The notes: a model not told the origin generated them from the letters alone. A stretch of DNA of 64,000 nucleotides from Eukaryota sp. GEM-RC1 (GCA_040285855.1 JAUFOQ010000013.1:248001-312000), one strand, 5' to 3'; counted from the stretch's first letter, positions 1 through 11,760 are shown. Made by a program: numbers and translations.

Positions 1-1169
1 TCTTAAATCAACCGACTGGAGGCAAAGGCAAGCCCCAATTAAATCGCCCTCCAGTCGCAATGACTACTCTAATCAAAAACAACCAGTCAAAAGTATTCAA
101 GACAGTGGAAAGGATTGTTGTCGAAGTACCAGAACTTCAAGGAAACACATTTCCAATTTCTATGGACTTGAAGAATAGTTAAAGCACTACCCTTCGTATT
201 GCAGAGATTCACAAGAGTAGAGGAGTCAATAGGAAAATGCCGATGGAGAAGCGTGTCGATTTAAAGGTATTAGTAATGGCAGCATTTGTGAATTACATGT
301 TGTTCCCACCAATTTTACTTTTATCAATTTAACTATGTATCTGTCACAGCACAAGTAGAAAAAGCATCTGTGTGCAGAAGAAGAAGTAAGAAGTGAGAGA
401 CTCTCACCGTTAAAACCCGTTTTTAAAGGAACAAAGCATCAAGACATCAAGTTTATTGTCGTTTGTATCGAACGAATACAAAGATGGTTTCATAAGCTGA
501 GCCATGGAAGAGAAAGGTTGGGTGGAGTAGATTGTGTAACAAGATTATTGTGTAACAAGTTGTGAATTTAGGTTGTCTCTTGATTAATTACCAAACACAA
601 TAAAACACATAAAACTTCTTTTGTTTTCTTGAACAAGAGAAATTAAAGAAAAAAGTACTATGTCATAAGAAATACCAGAACAATCCATATAAATACGAAA
701 ATAATGTAGTACATCTAAACAAAGACAAATGTAAAACTTGTAACAATTGCTATTCTCGATCCAATAGTCATTTGGAAGTTCAATTTTGGAACTTTTTTTT
801 GGAACTAAAGCATGCAGTAAATCTTTGTTTTGAAATGTTTAATTTGCTTACATTTACAAATATATCTATATTTATCCGATGTTTCTAGTCTTCACCAGTC
901 CTTTCTACTGTTACTACAATTTCAAACAGTTTACTATCTCTTAGTTTTGAGATGATAGAGGAGACTCTAGAAGTATAGAACAACATACATGTACCATGTT
1001 AAAACGCCATGACAACAAACCGTAACCATAAATTGTCAGAACATTATGAACACATACCAAGCTTGTATTTCAAATTGGATTTCAAAGTAGTCATGGCATA
1101 TAATTGATGTCAACAACGCAAAGAAATACATTACCACAATCCTCACGTCAACAGTGTAGTTAAATCAGC

Positions 1170-1735
1170 TTTATTACCAATAGACTTAGGATCTTCAGCC
1201 GTTAGAGTTGATTGCTCTGTAGGGAAATCATTTCTAACCTGATCCAGAACTCCTTTACAAACTCGATTAGCCCAGAAGTAATCAACTTCCCTATTCATTG
1301 ACCTTTTTACAGCACAATGTCAGTACTTCGTTTCGAGTCCACGAGTACTTGTAAAATAGACGACGACTGTCTTGCTAAATCCAACAATATTTGAAAAGAC
1401 GTATGTTGAATTGGAATGAATCGAATTAAAGTCAAAAGTGAGATCCACGAAACTCAATAATAGTTTAGTTAGAGGCTCGAAAAACTGTCTGGCCGTACGT
1501 AGTTCAGTATGAGAAATATCGTCAGATTCAGAATATACTAGTATATCTCACAAGGGTAACAATATTGAGCTAGGATTTACACGAACAAAACCCAAATTCT
1601 CTAGTTCAAAATCACTTATAAAATGGGTAATAAATGTCAAAAACGAAGTATTGTTTGAGAACAAAGACTCCCCGTAGAACCCACAAACAATTCTGTTTGA
1701 AGGAGGAAGCGTATTAAAAAAGGTTAGGGTAAGTG
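1170..1735 (-). pseudogene. Degenerate protein-coding relic (unknown family)
   Basis: Hand translation gives a frame of about 190 codons (LTLTFFNTLPPSNRIVCGFYGE...DPKSIGNK) broken only by two TGA stops. No family recognised; boundaries approximate. Confidence 0.3.
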
Positions 1736-1839
1736 TTGTTTATCGGAAACATACTTCACCTGCAATAGGAGAAAGTTCGTCACTTTGAGAAATAAGAACA
1801 GTACCACATTGATTAAGGTTGATTGAAATTACCGACAAT

Positions 1840-2236
1840 ATGATCACGTGAGGTCGAAAAAACAGTAATTACGGGGTAATCATCGGTTTCATTCATGACT
1901 ACGGATAACGGCGCTAAACCCAGGAGTATGACAAAACTTTTCAATAGTTATGTTATTCAACGTGTAACAACCTTCACCTCTACCATTCTCACCAAAGCCA
2001 TCTTTGTCTGACTCTTGTTCCTCCGACGTAACGTCGTTTCACAACAATTCGTCCATCAAAACGTACTGTTCAGAATCAGAAGTTGCACAGTCCCAAAGCT
2101 TTTCGACTGGGTCGATAGACTTTGGAAGTCCTTTGGTCTTATCCCACGTCAGTTTCCAACTAGATTTGATTGGTCTTGGAATTACACCATGAACACAAAA
2201 GACTTTTTCTTCCAATGGACTGAGATCTGACAACAC
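1840..2236 (-). pseudogene. PPP-family Ser/Thr protein phosphatase pseudogene fragment
   Basis: EKVFCVHGVIP...DELL*ND...GFGENGRGEGCYT...VIRSHE*...ITVFSTS matches the PPP motifs FCVHGG, DLLWSD, N-x-RG, RAHE and TVFSA in order, with stops and a frameshift. Confidence 0.7.
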
Positions 2237-3842
2237 TTTTCCATTCAGTTACAGATTTTCATGAAACAGAATCAATAGTATTTTTGATTCAAAACTATCT
2301 TCAGTCAGAGGTCAACACGTTTACCTGTTTTTTTAACTCTACTAATATTTGATGGTGATTCTATTTAGTATTTAATTTCTTCATGTTTGCATGATCTGAT
2401 GAATAATTCAATTGACGTAAATTAAACACAACAAAGGTAACATCTTTCTCCAACAGTTCTGAGTGTTTAAAACTCTGATATTGTATTGCTACTACCAATA
2501 TCAGATGAATCGATTCTATAATTGCTTGCTAATTCATTAAGAGTTCGTAATGAATTATTGGAAGAGTTTTGATACAATCTGTTCATTGATGCCGCTTTAT
2601 AGTCTGGGTACATTATGTAAGAGCATTTCAATGGGTAAGTTTGAGGTGAAGATGGTTAAGATCTTTTTGGTTCTTGGACGCATTGCTGTATCTAGAGTTA
2701 CTTAAAACAAATAAACATACCTTCCATCAACGTCCATTTGGCGACCATCGAGCCATGCATTCCAGAGTGAACAGATATATATGGGTCTTTATTGTAATGT
2801 GAAATAAAAGCTAAAATCCGGGCCATTCTACTGATGATACTGGTGGGTTCCCGTTCTCAGTAAGACGGGAGAGAAGGGGGTTCAAAGATAAGACAGTGAC
2901 ACATTGACAAATTTGACATGATTCATGATGTTCTAGTAAACAAAGAAGAGCTAGCTATGATGAACACAAGACAGCAAGTACATCTGAGATAACTGAAGGA
3001 GCATCATAACAAAAAGAGAAGGCTTGGAAAAGACAAAATCTCCTCCCAAAGGAAGAATTTGAATGGAGAAATCAGATGAGAACGTTGTGTAGAAAGCTGT
3101 AGAAGGAATGAAAACGGAGATAGATCAGCAAAATCCATCAAAGATGAGGAGGGGCTCGTGGTTGCGTTCAAGGCGAAGGATATTCTAACCCCTAAGAGGG
3201 TATATGAGCTCATTTAATGTTATTGGTGCCTTCTCCTCCTCCAGCAAAACGTCTCTACTAAAGACGTAGTCCGGTCACGGCAGAAAATATTGCATTTGAG
3301 ATAAAATTGTGTCTGCATCCAATCCTACCCTTATATACATCAAAACAGAGGACGATAACAAAAGAAGAAAGGAAGTGGGACAATGGTGGTGTGATCTGGT
3401 GTAAAGTGTGTCTAAATAACACAGAGGACTCTTTGTACAACATCTTCTGGAGGAAAGTGTGTGAAGAGAAGAAAAAGTTGGAGTTGGGCTCCAAATGTGA
3501 AGTCAAAGACTAATGTAAGCGTGTTTATTGCATATGTCGATAGAAAAGAGATCGGTCGATGAACGATCAACGGAAAGAAGAAGATCGATCGACAAAATTC
3601 GGACAGGAAAATTTTGGACATAAACCGAGGTTGGAAATGAACCGAAATGGACATAAACCGGGGTAAGACTGTAATTTCAATATTTATCACCTTTTTTAAA
3701 GGTATAGGTAACCTAGATTGTCTATTTTTGAAGCACTGATCGAGACATTGATCAGAGTATTCGTTTTGATTTAATTCTTAAACAATCAATTGGGAGTAAG
3801 TGGTCCAAGTTTTTATCTAATTTCAAATAAGGTGCAGATAGT

Positions 3843-4254
3843 ATAAAGTAAAATATGAAATTGAAGCCCCTCCACGTAATAGTGGCCCCCACGCAATAGT
3901 GGCCCATTTTTGGATGGGGCTTATACGGAGAGGCCCCACCACGTAATAGTAGCCCCTGGGTATAAATAATTTATAAGTATCGATCTTTATTAATCGGTTC
4001 AAAGATTTATTCAAAAAGACGATTAACTGTTTCTCTTACTTTCATTCTTAAGTTGTTGATGAGTAACTGTTTTTATTGTTTTTGACATTGAATACACTAC
4101 ATGCGACACAACTGAGACTTCAGAACATGATTTGGTGAGGGGCTTATAGAGAGAAGCCCCACCACGTAATAGTAGCCCCCACGTAATAGTAGCCGATTTT
4201 AAGATGGGGCTTATATGGACAACCCCGGGGCTTCAATTTCATATTTTACTTTAT
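3843..4254. mobile_element. MITE-like element with 28-bp terminal inverted repeats
   Basis: ATAAAGTAAAATATGAAATTGAAGCCCC (3843-3870) is the exact reverse complement of 4227-4254. Internal repeats CCACGTAATAGTRGCCC lie at both ends. No clear TSD. Confidence 0.75.
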
Positions 4255-5242
4255 TCCAAGACCTCGCGGTCTTGAGGATTTGGAAAACGTAAACAAAGCA
4301 AAAACAGAAACATCTTCATCATTATTGGATTGTTGATTATTTAAGATGCACACTCTTAATTTTTCTTCAATTGGATGTTATGGTAACTGAAGTAGGGTTA
4401 TTTCAAGAAAGGTTTTCATGTGAACCTTAGACATTGAGTGTGTTCAAGTCGATATTAAGAACTCAGATTTACATTCACTTTTAAATTAATCTTGTTTAAT
4501 TTTATTGCAAACAATAAGTGAATGGTGTTTCTTTTGGCCCTCTAATTTACCTAATGATCTTGAATCTAAATGTGGTAAATTAGTTACTTTTTCTCACCTA
4601 TTGAGTTGCATTCGTTTCATTACATATAGAACTTGCATTCTTGTGTTAATGTTACGGAGTCTCAGCCTATTTGTACCTATATTAATTGACTTTTCTCTAA
4701 TCATAAGACTAAGACCAACACATGGTGATTTGAGAGATAAAATTCATGCAATGTGTAAGTACTACAAAATAGAATCTTTCGTTAAGCCACAGCTGAGATC
4801 ATTTGAAGTCAATAGTGTAAAGAATAATGATTCTGATAAGATTTTTGGTAAAAAAAGAGGTGATGTCATCGTTCCATCAGTCAATGATGAACTAACGGTT
4901 GTTGATGTGATTACTGTGGATGTTTACAAAAAGGTGAGCTAAAAGAACACCATATTTGTTTCTCTTATATAGTTCTGAAAATTATAGTGGAGACACTTCA
5001 TTTTGAGCATCCTTAAATGGCTTTGAAACATACTAGATATGTCGAGGACACATTGTGTCCTTATGCAATTGCATTTTAGGGTCAACTTGGTAAAGCTGCT
5101 CTTTGTTTACACCCTGATTTTGAGTAAGTTGTAAAATTCGGCACATACACGCCGGAACCAACAAACGAATGAATGTAATAAAGAAAGTATACAAAATCAG
5201 CACATCTATTTGTTGATTTAAAGATCGAGAATTCTCATATGC

Positions 5243-5877
5243 TATTGTCAGGTCCCAATACAAGCAACCTTAAATACTATACAAGCATACCCTTTACTAT
5301 GCTTGTAATGGAACCTTCCTTGTATTAGGGTCTTTTAAATCTCCGCTGTTGTATAATCAAATATTACTCATGACAAGATCACTAACATTGAAATGGATAC
5401 TTAATTACGTCAATCAGTTATCTTTGAAGTATGCTGATCAATCCAGACAGACAGGTAGATCAATCGAACCAAAATCAACATCAAAATGTGACACGTCTAC
5501 ATTTTCTCGGTTTTCGTTAATATCATAAATTATCGACCACCGTTAAATCAAACGCTTCCCTAAAGCTATAGAACAGATAAAATTACCGTAAAAATAGAGA
5601 AACTTCATTGTATCATTGTTTCCTGGAAGTTTAGTTATTCTTGAGTAACAGACTTGTCCCTCAGGTGTTCTAGTCTTTTTTTCAAATTAAAATGGCTGAA
5701 AGCTATCGTAACTAGTAAATGAAATCTATGAATAATTCCAATATGACTCTCTGTGTTTTTATATGAAGAGATCAGTATTATTTAACAGAAATCTGTGAGT
5801 TTATTTTGGGAAACAATACAAGCATACCATTTACTATGATTGTATTAAGACCTTAATTGTATTGGACCTCGACGATA
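5243..5877. mobile_element. Degenerate TA-flanked MITE, related to the 31172-31804 element
   Basis: Imperfect TIRs TA|TTGTCAGGTCCCAATACAA ... TTGTATTGGACCTCGACGA|TA, with subterminal ATACAAGCA / CTTGTATT repeats. Confidence 0.6.
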
Positions 5878-6593
5878 AACACATGTATATGTGTTTATGG
5901 ACAGTATGTTACAATAGTGACTAAGACAAACAAAAAGGAGTTGCTTTGCAAAGACTGTTAATTTGGCGATAGCTAAATCCAGCAAACTGTTTCCTCGTTC
6001 TAGAAAGCACAATTATCGATCAAGCACAATAGTGTTTCTAAAGTAGAAGAATCCAAAGCATGTTCATTAACAATCTACAGTGAGATGTGTGCAACAAAAG
6101 AGTCTCTCCACCTTTTTAGAGGGTGTGGAATAGATGAAGGCCAATGTACTCTGAATTGCTAGTTGACGGTTCAATCTCTTGATAGTATAACAAAAAAACG
6201 AAATTGGTGGATTAAAGGGCTCATGAATGTCTTTTTTAAATATCTGACGGTTTTGAGATAATGGATATCCATACTTGGGTATCACAGTTTTTTGAATTGA
6301 TAGGTTAATGGTAGGGTAATGACGTGATAGGTCCAATACTCTCTTTAAGACAATGTATAAAAGGTTGATGGTATATCGTTTTAGACTCTCACTTTCGACT
6401 CACAGCAATCTGTACTATCTAATCAAACATGATTCGTCAAATCCAATGGGAAATTGGGCTTCTTAGAAATGACACCTTCCTAGATTGGCATTTAATTGAT
6501 AACTTCAAGATTCACACTGAAGAGATGTATGAGTTTGAAAAATTCAATGTTGTAAACAAAATAAATAAGCAAATAGACTAATGATTTATATAA

Positions 6594-6609
6594 AGTGTTG
6601 AAAAACACC
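6594..6609 (-). promoter_or_regulatory. Histone 3'-UTR stem-loop (H2A copy 1)
   Basis: Minus-strand GGTGTT-TTTC-AACACT, 13 nt after the stop. Confidence 0.85.
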
Positions 6610-6622
6610 AAACGTCAACAAC

Positions 6623-7003
6623 TTAAATCTCTTGAGAACCAGACTCAGCTGTATCGCGAGATCTGGAACCCTTAGGTAACAAATCAGAGTGAATATGAGG
6701 CAAAACACCACCTGAAGGAATCATAATATGAGACAAGAGCTTGCTAAGTTCTTCATCATTACGGATAGCCAAGAGAATATGACGAGGAACAATACGAGAC
6801 TTCTTGTTGTCTCTTGCAGCGTTACCAGACAATTCCAAAACTTCAGCAGTTAGATACTCAAGGACAGCAGCCATGTAAACAGGAGCTCCAGCACCAACAC
6901 GTTCGGAATATTTGCCTTCACGTAGATATCTACGGATACGACCAACGGGGAATTGGAGTCCAGCTTTGTAGGAGAGAGTACGAGCACCAGTATCTTCGGA
7001 CAT
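6623..7003 (-). CDS. H2A: Histone H2A with C-terminal SQEI (H2A.X-type) motif
   Basis: [10 protein letters not shown]...[33 protein letters not shown] at 7003 (MSEDTGAR); ends ESGSQEI. Confidence 0.97.
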   Translation of the reverse strand: MSEDTGARTLSYKAGLQFPVGRIRRYLREGKYSERVGAGAPVYMAAVLEYLTAEVLELSGNAARDNKKSRIVPRHILLAIRNDEELSKLLSHIMIPSGGVLPHIHSDLLPKGSRSRDTAESGSQEI

Positions 7004-7047
7004 TGAGAGAAAATTATGATGAAAGTGAATTCTCATAAAGAAAAGAA

Positions 7048-7080
7048 CACGACAATCCAGGTGAGGCAGAGATTCTCGTG
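7048..7080. promoter_or_regulatory. Candidate histone promoter motifs in the H2A/H2B bidirectional spacer
   Basis: CACGACAAT (7048-7056) and reverse-strand CACGAGAAT (7072-7080); the same motif pair lies upstream of H3 and H4. Confidence 0.6.
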
Positions 7081-7150
7081 GTGTGGCGACCCACTGGAAT
7101 TCAAACTGTTCTTCATTCAACAAATTCTCAAACTCAATATTCAACTTACA

Positions 7151-7579
7151 ATGCCCGGAAAGAAATCTGTAAAGTCTACCAAATCCACCAAGTCTATCAA
7201 AGGTGTACCAGCCAAAGCCCCTTCAAAGGCTCCCGCTAAAGCCGTTGCCGAAGGTGGTGCCCCCGTTGTAGTTAAGCGTAAGAAGGCCCGTAAGGAGACC
7301 TGGGCTACCTATATCTACCGTGTTTTGCGTCAAGTTCATCCCGATACTGGTATTTCAACCAAAGCCATGGGTATCATGAACTCTTTTGTCAATGACATCT
7401 TTGAACGTATTGCTACTGAAGCTTCCCGTCTTGCCCGTATTAACAAGCGAAATACTTTGTCTTCTCGCGAGATTCAAACTGCTGTTAGACTTCTTCTACC
7501 TGGTGAACTTTCCAAGCATGCTGTTTCTGAAGGAACCAAGGCTGTTACCAAGTTTAGTTCTTCTGGAGAAGCTGAATAG
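7151..7579 (+). CDS. H2B: Histone H2B
   Basis: [42 protein letters not shown]...[24 protein letters not shown] at 7151. Confidence 0.97.
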   Translation: MPGKKSVKSTKSTKSIKGVPAKAPSKAPAKAVAEGGAPVVVKRKKARKETWATYIYRVLRQVHPDTGISTKAMGIMNSFVNDIFERIATEASRLARINKRNTLSSREIQTAVRLLLPGELSKHAVSEGTKAVTKFSSSGEAE

Positions 7580-7594
7580 GTTCTTTCAATTATC

Positions 7595-7610
7595 GGTGTT
7601 TATCAACACT
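7595..7610 (+). promoter_or_regulatory. Histone 3'-UTR stem-loop (H2B copy 1)
   Basis: GGTGTT-TATC-AACACT, 15 nt after the stop. Confidence 0.85.
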
Positions 7611-7817
7611 TTTATAAACTAATTTCTTCTAAGTCTTATTTCTCATGTTTTCTGTTTAACACATCACAACATGTGATTCAATATCATCAAAATAACTCAC
7701 ATCGATCGGTAAAGATTCTGAGCATCATTACTGTTACAACATAACTCTGTTGCACAACTATCACTGAAACAACCTAAACCCCGGTGAAACACATCACTTC
7801 AATGAAGATGAAACCAA

Positions 7818-7856
7818 CACGACAATAAGCACTACAAAAATTCTATGCACGAGAAT
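7818..7856 (+). promoter_or_regulatory. Candidate histone promoter motifs upstream of H3
   Basis: CACGACAAT 7818-7826 and CACGAGAAT 7848-7856. Confidence 0.6.
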
Positions 7857-7912
7857 TTCAGATCGCCTTGAAATGTTCGAAAACCCTACAATCACCATGA
7901 CTTCATCTTATC

Positions 7913-8319
7913 ATGGCTCGTACTAAGCAAACTTCTCGTAAAACCACTTCTGCCAAGACCCCCAGAAAGCATTTGGCTCATAAAGCTGCTCGTAAAGCAG
8001 CTCCTGCTACTGGTGGAATCAAGAAACCCCATCGTTATCGTCCTGGAACCGTTGCTCTTCGTGAAATCAGAAAGTACCAAAAATCTACTGAATTGCTGAT
8101 CCGTAAACTGCCTTTCCAACGTTTAGTTCGTGAAATCGCTCAAGAATTCAAGGGAGAACTCCGTTTCCAAGCCACTGGTATTTCAGCTCTGCAAGAAGCA
8201 GCTGAAGCTTATCTAGTTGGTCTTTTGAAGACACCAACTTGTGTGCCATTCATGCTAAAAGAGTTACCATTATGCCTAAGGATATGGCTTTAGCCAAGAG
8301 AATTCGTTCGGATTTCTAA
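7913..8319 (+). CDS. H3: Histone H3 (one T short at 8223-8226)
   Basis: ARTKQT...[17 protein letters not shown]. Adding one T at GGT-CTT-TT-GAA restores [32 protein letters not shown] ending 8319. Confidence 0.95.
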
Positions 8320-8332
8320 GTATTAAATCAAT

Positions 8333-8348
8333 GGTGTTTATCAACACC
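8333..8348 (+). promoter_or_regulatory. Histone 3'-UTR stem-loop (H3 copy 1)
   Basis: GGTGTT-TATC-AACACC, 13 nt after the restored-frame stop. Confidence 0.85.
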
Positions 8349-8575
8349 GTTTCTATTTTATAAAAAACCGGTTAGTTTCTTTCTGTTTTCTTACCTATCA
8401 TCGACTGAATTGTCCATTGTGGTCAATACTCGAACTGGTTTATTCCAACGTTGTCCCATAAACTCCGAAATGTTCCTCTTGCATTCGTGTCACATCAGAT
8501 CACAAAGTGTTTCATAGTACACAACAATTCACTTAGTAAACCACAAACGTGTTGGTCAAAGAACAAAGACTCCAC

Positions 8576-8603
8576 CACGAGAAATTCTTTCAAGCACAAC
8601 AAT
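8576..8603 (+). promoter_or_regulatory. Candidate histone promoter motifs upstream of H4
   Basis: CACGAGAAA 8576-8584 and CACAACAAT 8595-8603. Confidence 0.55.
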
Positions 8604-8660
8604 TCGTCAATCTGAATTCAACTTCCAAAATGTTGAATTTCCTCCATATTATCTATTCTA

Positions 8661-8972
8661 ATGGCTGGTCGTGGTAAAGGTGGTAAAGGTCTTGGTAAAG
8701 GTGGAGCTAAACGTCATCGCAAAGTTCTTCGTGAAAACATTCAGGGTATCACAAAGCCCGCTATCCGTCGTCTAGCTCGCCGTGGTGGTGTTAAACGTAT
8801 CTCTGCTCTTATCTATGATGAAACTCGTACCGTTCTCCGTACTTTCTTGGAAAACGTCATCCGTGATTCAGTTACTTATTGTGAGCATGCTAGAAGGAAG
8901 ACTGTCACTGCTATGGATGTTGTTTATGCTTTGAAACGTCATGGACGTGTCTTGTACGGTTTTGGTGTCTAG
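8661..8972 (+). CDS. H4: Histone H4
   Basis: [48 protein letters not shown]. Confidence 0.98.
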   Translation: MAGRGKGGKGLGKGGAKRHRKVLRENIQGITKPAIRRLARRGGVKRISALIYDETRTVLRTFLENVIRDSVTYCEHARRKTVTAMDVVYALKRHGRVLYGFGV

Positions 8973-8993
8973 GTTGTTTGTCTTCAATTGGAT

Positions 8994-9009
8994 GGTGTTT
9001 TTCAACACC
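8994..9009 (+). promoter_or_regulatory. Histone 3'-UTR stem-loop (H4 copy 1)
   Basis: GGTGTT-TTTC-AACACC, 21 nt after the stop. Confidence 0.85.
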
Positions 9010-9430
9010 TGTACTCATCTCAATTTGGATCTCAAATATATCCATTATAAAATATCTTCGCTTTTATTACTCTCAGTTCAGTTTCTCAACCTGTAAATTT
9101 GTTCAAAAGATTTGGGCGATTTTGACCTCGCAAAAGCAACTCCTTTCAAAGTGAAGTTGTCTTAGTTTTATGGAGAAAAGCACTGGTTGATATTGAAGAA
9201 ACTGTGACAAGTTGGAGGAAAAAGTTTCAACAGCAGCACGACATTCAGTATGAAGCTCCGCACCAACAAAGGACCATTATTGAACTGAATTCATGTTGTG
9301 ATATGGCCTAATGCTGGTTGATGGATCCTCAATGTGATCTTCATATGTTTACAGTAAACCACTAGCTTACTGTAAACAATTCAAGACCTGCGAAACCATT
9401 GAAGACTGAGCTATCTATTGTGTTAACGTC

Positions 9431-10048
9431 ATGCGCTGTCTTCTTCTTTGCCTTGTGCTTGTGTGTGTTATGAGCCACCATATGGCGGCATATCAATACC
9501 CTTATGTCCGACCATTTGGATTTCGACAAAGTCTTCCTGGTTGTAATTCCCAGATTGTTGAGGTTGTTGAGAACAACAACAATCTCCAGCCCAATCAAGC
9601 AACTATCATTCTTGCCACAAACGATGACCTGTCATGGACTGTCACTTACACCAATCCAAATGAAGAAGTCCAGAATGTGTCTTTGAGAATTCGGCAACAA
9701 TTATGGGGGTTTGTGAGTGTTCAGTTCGATCCCACTCAGCAGCTTGTTGGTCCTGGAGAGACTGTGGAGACACAACTGACTGCTAGTACTAACCAGTGTA
9801 ATCCAAAGCTCTCGAAGTTCTTTGACCCATCAATGATTATGATGTTCATGCTGAATAATGAAAACAATCTAAACCAGCTTTTTGCCAACTTTTTGCGTCC
9901 AGTGACCACATTTACAGTAGAAGCCGTTGTTAACGGTAATGTTGTAGCCACTTCAACTATCAGAGTTGCATTCTGTCCTTGTTTGAAGTTTGGCAAGAAA
10001 TGTCATGGTTCTTTCTGTATCTCCTCGTGTGGAGGGTGTTGTTGGTGA
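9431..10048 (+). CDS. Secreted hypothetical protein with beta-rich core and Cys-rich tail
   Basis: 205-aa ORF; hydrophobic N-terminus MRCLLLCLVLVCV; C-terminal CPCLKFGKKCHGSFCISSCGGCCW; AATAAA follows. Confidence 0.75.
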   Translation: MRCLLLCLVLVCVMSHHMAAYQYPYVRPFGFRQSLPGCNSQIVEVVENNNNLQPNQATIILATNDDLSWTVTYTNPNEEVQNVSLRIRQQLWGFVSVQFDPTQQLVGPGETVETQLTASTNQCNPKLSKFFDPSMIMMFMLNNENNLNQLFANFLRPVTTFTVEAVVNGNVVATSTIRVAFCPCLKFGKKCHGSFCISSCGGCCW

Positions 10049-10280
10049 TCAAGCATATGAGTTGAATAAAAGTCGTTTTTACACCAGTCATTTGAACTGA
10101 TTATCACTCTATCAACATTTTGAGCTAAATTTTGTAAGATCTGTTTCAGTGATTCCTTTAGTCAAAAACCAAGAAGATTCGGGAATTCTGTTGAATCAAG
10201 CCCTCATACTATAATGTGAAACGCGAACAACAGTAAAGGAAGCGAAACGATTGAAAAACTAAAAATTTATACATTTAAAA

Positions 10281-11760
10281 CTACTTTCTTCTCCTTTTAA
10301 CTGGAGTTTTTGTGGTTGATGAATCAACAACCTTTGATCGTAAACCATAACGAGTCTTTGGAGGATCTTCAGCTTCAACAGACTGAGAAGTTCGTTTTCT
10401 TGACTTAGATAGACCACCTTGTTGGTCAGAATCTTGGCTGTTGGTGCCAGTTGTAGCTATAATGAGGAAGAACGTTTGAGAAAACATACTATCGGTTTCA
10501 CTTTGAGTAGGTTCTACTTTAACTGGATGTTCGATATCCAATGGCTTAACTTGCTTCAGTTGACGGCGTTTCTTCGCAGGAGCTTTCTTAACAGGCTGAG
10601 GTTGACTTACTGGTGCTGATTCAACTTCCATCGGATCAGTCTGGATTTCTTGTTCAACAAGGTCTGGAGTGACTAAATCAACTGGTGCCCAAGAAGCAAC
10701 ACATAAAATTGAAGAGATTTCCAATTTGCTTGGAGCAACCACTGGGGCTTCCAAGACTTTTTCTTTGTGTACCTGTTCCTCTTCTTGAGGGGGGGTATAC
10801 ATGAGGAATAGCATCAGGGGGAGATGAGATCAAGCCTTCATCTTCCATTGATGTATCTATAGCTAGAGTTGAACCTCGACAAGCATTCTCTTCAGGAACA
10901 ACAGGCTCCTTCTTTTGAACAATAGGTTTAATAGAGAGGGAAATGTGTTCAATGGGGGCAATAGGTTGGAGAATAGTTCTTAAAGGAGTTTTGGCGGCGA
11001 CATGTTCTACAAATTCTTGAGCATTAGATTGTGTCTGGACATAGGCCTGTCGGAATTCAGAATCATTGAGGGCGGTTCTGGTGAAGAAAGCAGCACGAGG
11101 TTTAGTGCGTCCAACGAAATTGTCAAAGTAACGATTCATCTTGGCAGGAGGTGGTGAACTTCTACGAGATGCCGCAAAGATAACAGTAGTACGAAGAAGC
11201 ACTGAAGGGAAACGAATAGGGTTCTGAAATCGACTGTCAAGCTTATCTTCCATTGTGACTAGTTTGGCTACAGGGGAGTATGAAGAAGGAAGAACAGCAT
11301 CAGACTTGAGGTTGGAGACCTGAGGTGTTAATAGGGGAGGAAGTGTTGATTCATGTGGAATTGAAAATCTAAATGGGGTGGATCCCAACATGAATATTGT
11401 TCCGTCTACCAATTCACATGGATGTTCTTCATCAAAACGTCTACCTAAGGAATGTACAACAGAATTACTGAGGGCTAGAAGCTCCAGTCGTCCTGAAGAT
11501 GTGATGGTGATTTCAGCATGTATATCACGCATAAGTACGTCATCTACTATCTGAGCATTTGTCTCAACTGAAGAACCTATTTTGAAAGGAACTTGGTAAA
11601 TGAAATAGTGATCTTCAACAGCGAGTGTTCGTGGATTCAAAACATCTAAAACGCCATGGCATTCGTCATCAGAAATATCAGATCTGACTGAATGTACCGT
11701 TGGAGGAGTAAAGTAGCTCGGCATCAAACTTAATGTGTGAGAGGGTGTTCTCATTGTCAT
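10281..11760 (-). CDS. FHA-domain protein with disordered basic C-terminus (frameshift near 10790)
   Basis: FKIGSSVETNAQIVDDVLMRDIHAEITI...CELVDGTIFMLGSTPFRF resembles an FHA fold. ORFs 10678-11760 and 10281-10814 join across the G run at about 10789-10796. Confidence 0.7.

Noticed and set aside
3600..3673. Single pogo-like terminus (GGACATAAACCG repeats ending ...AAGACTG|TA)
   Set aside because: No matching second TIR found, so no element boundaries can be supported.
4505..4942. 145-aa ORF and other 60-110 aa ORFs in AT-rich spacers (e.g. 23943-24715, 37944-38485, 52967-53372)
   Set aside because: Mostly non-ATG starts, no recognisable motifs; probably chance ORFs or decayed repeats.
6623..7579. 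Longer overlapping N-termini of H2A and H2B in the ORF track (also orphan H4 from 16257)
   Set aside because: They depend on non-ATG or non-conserved upstream starts and differ between clusters; the conserved ATGs are 7003, 7151 and 16314.
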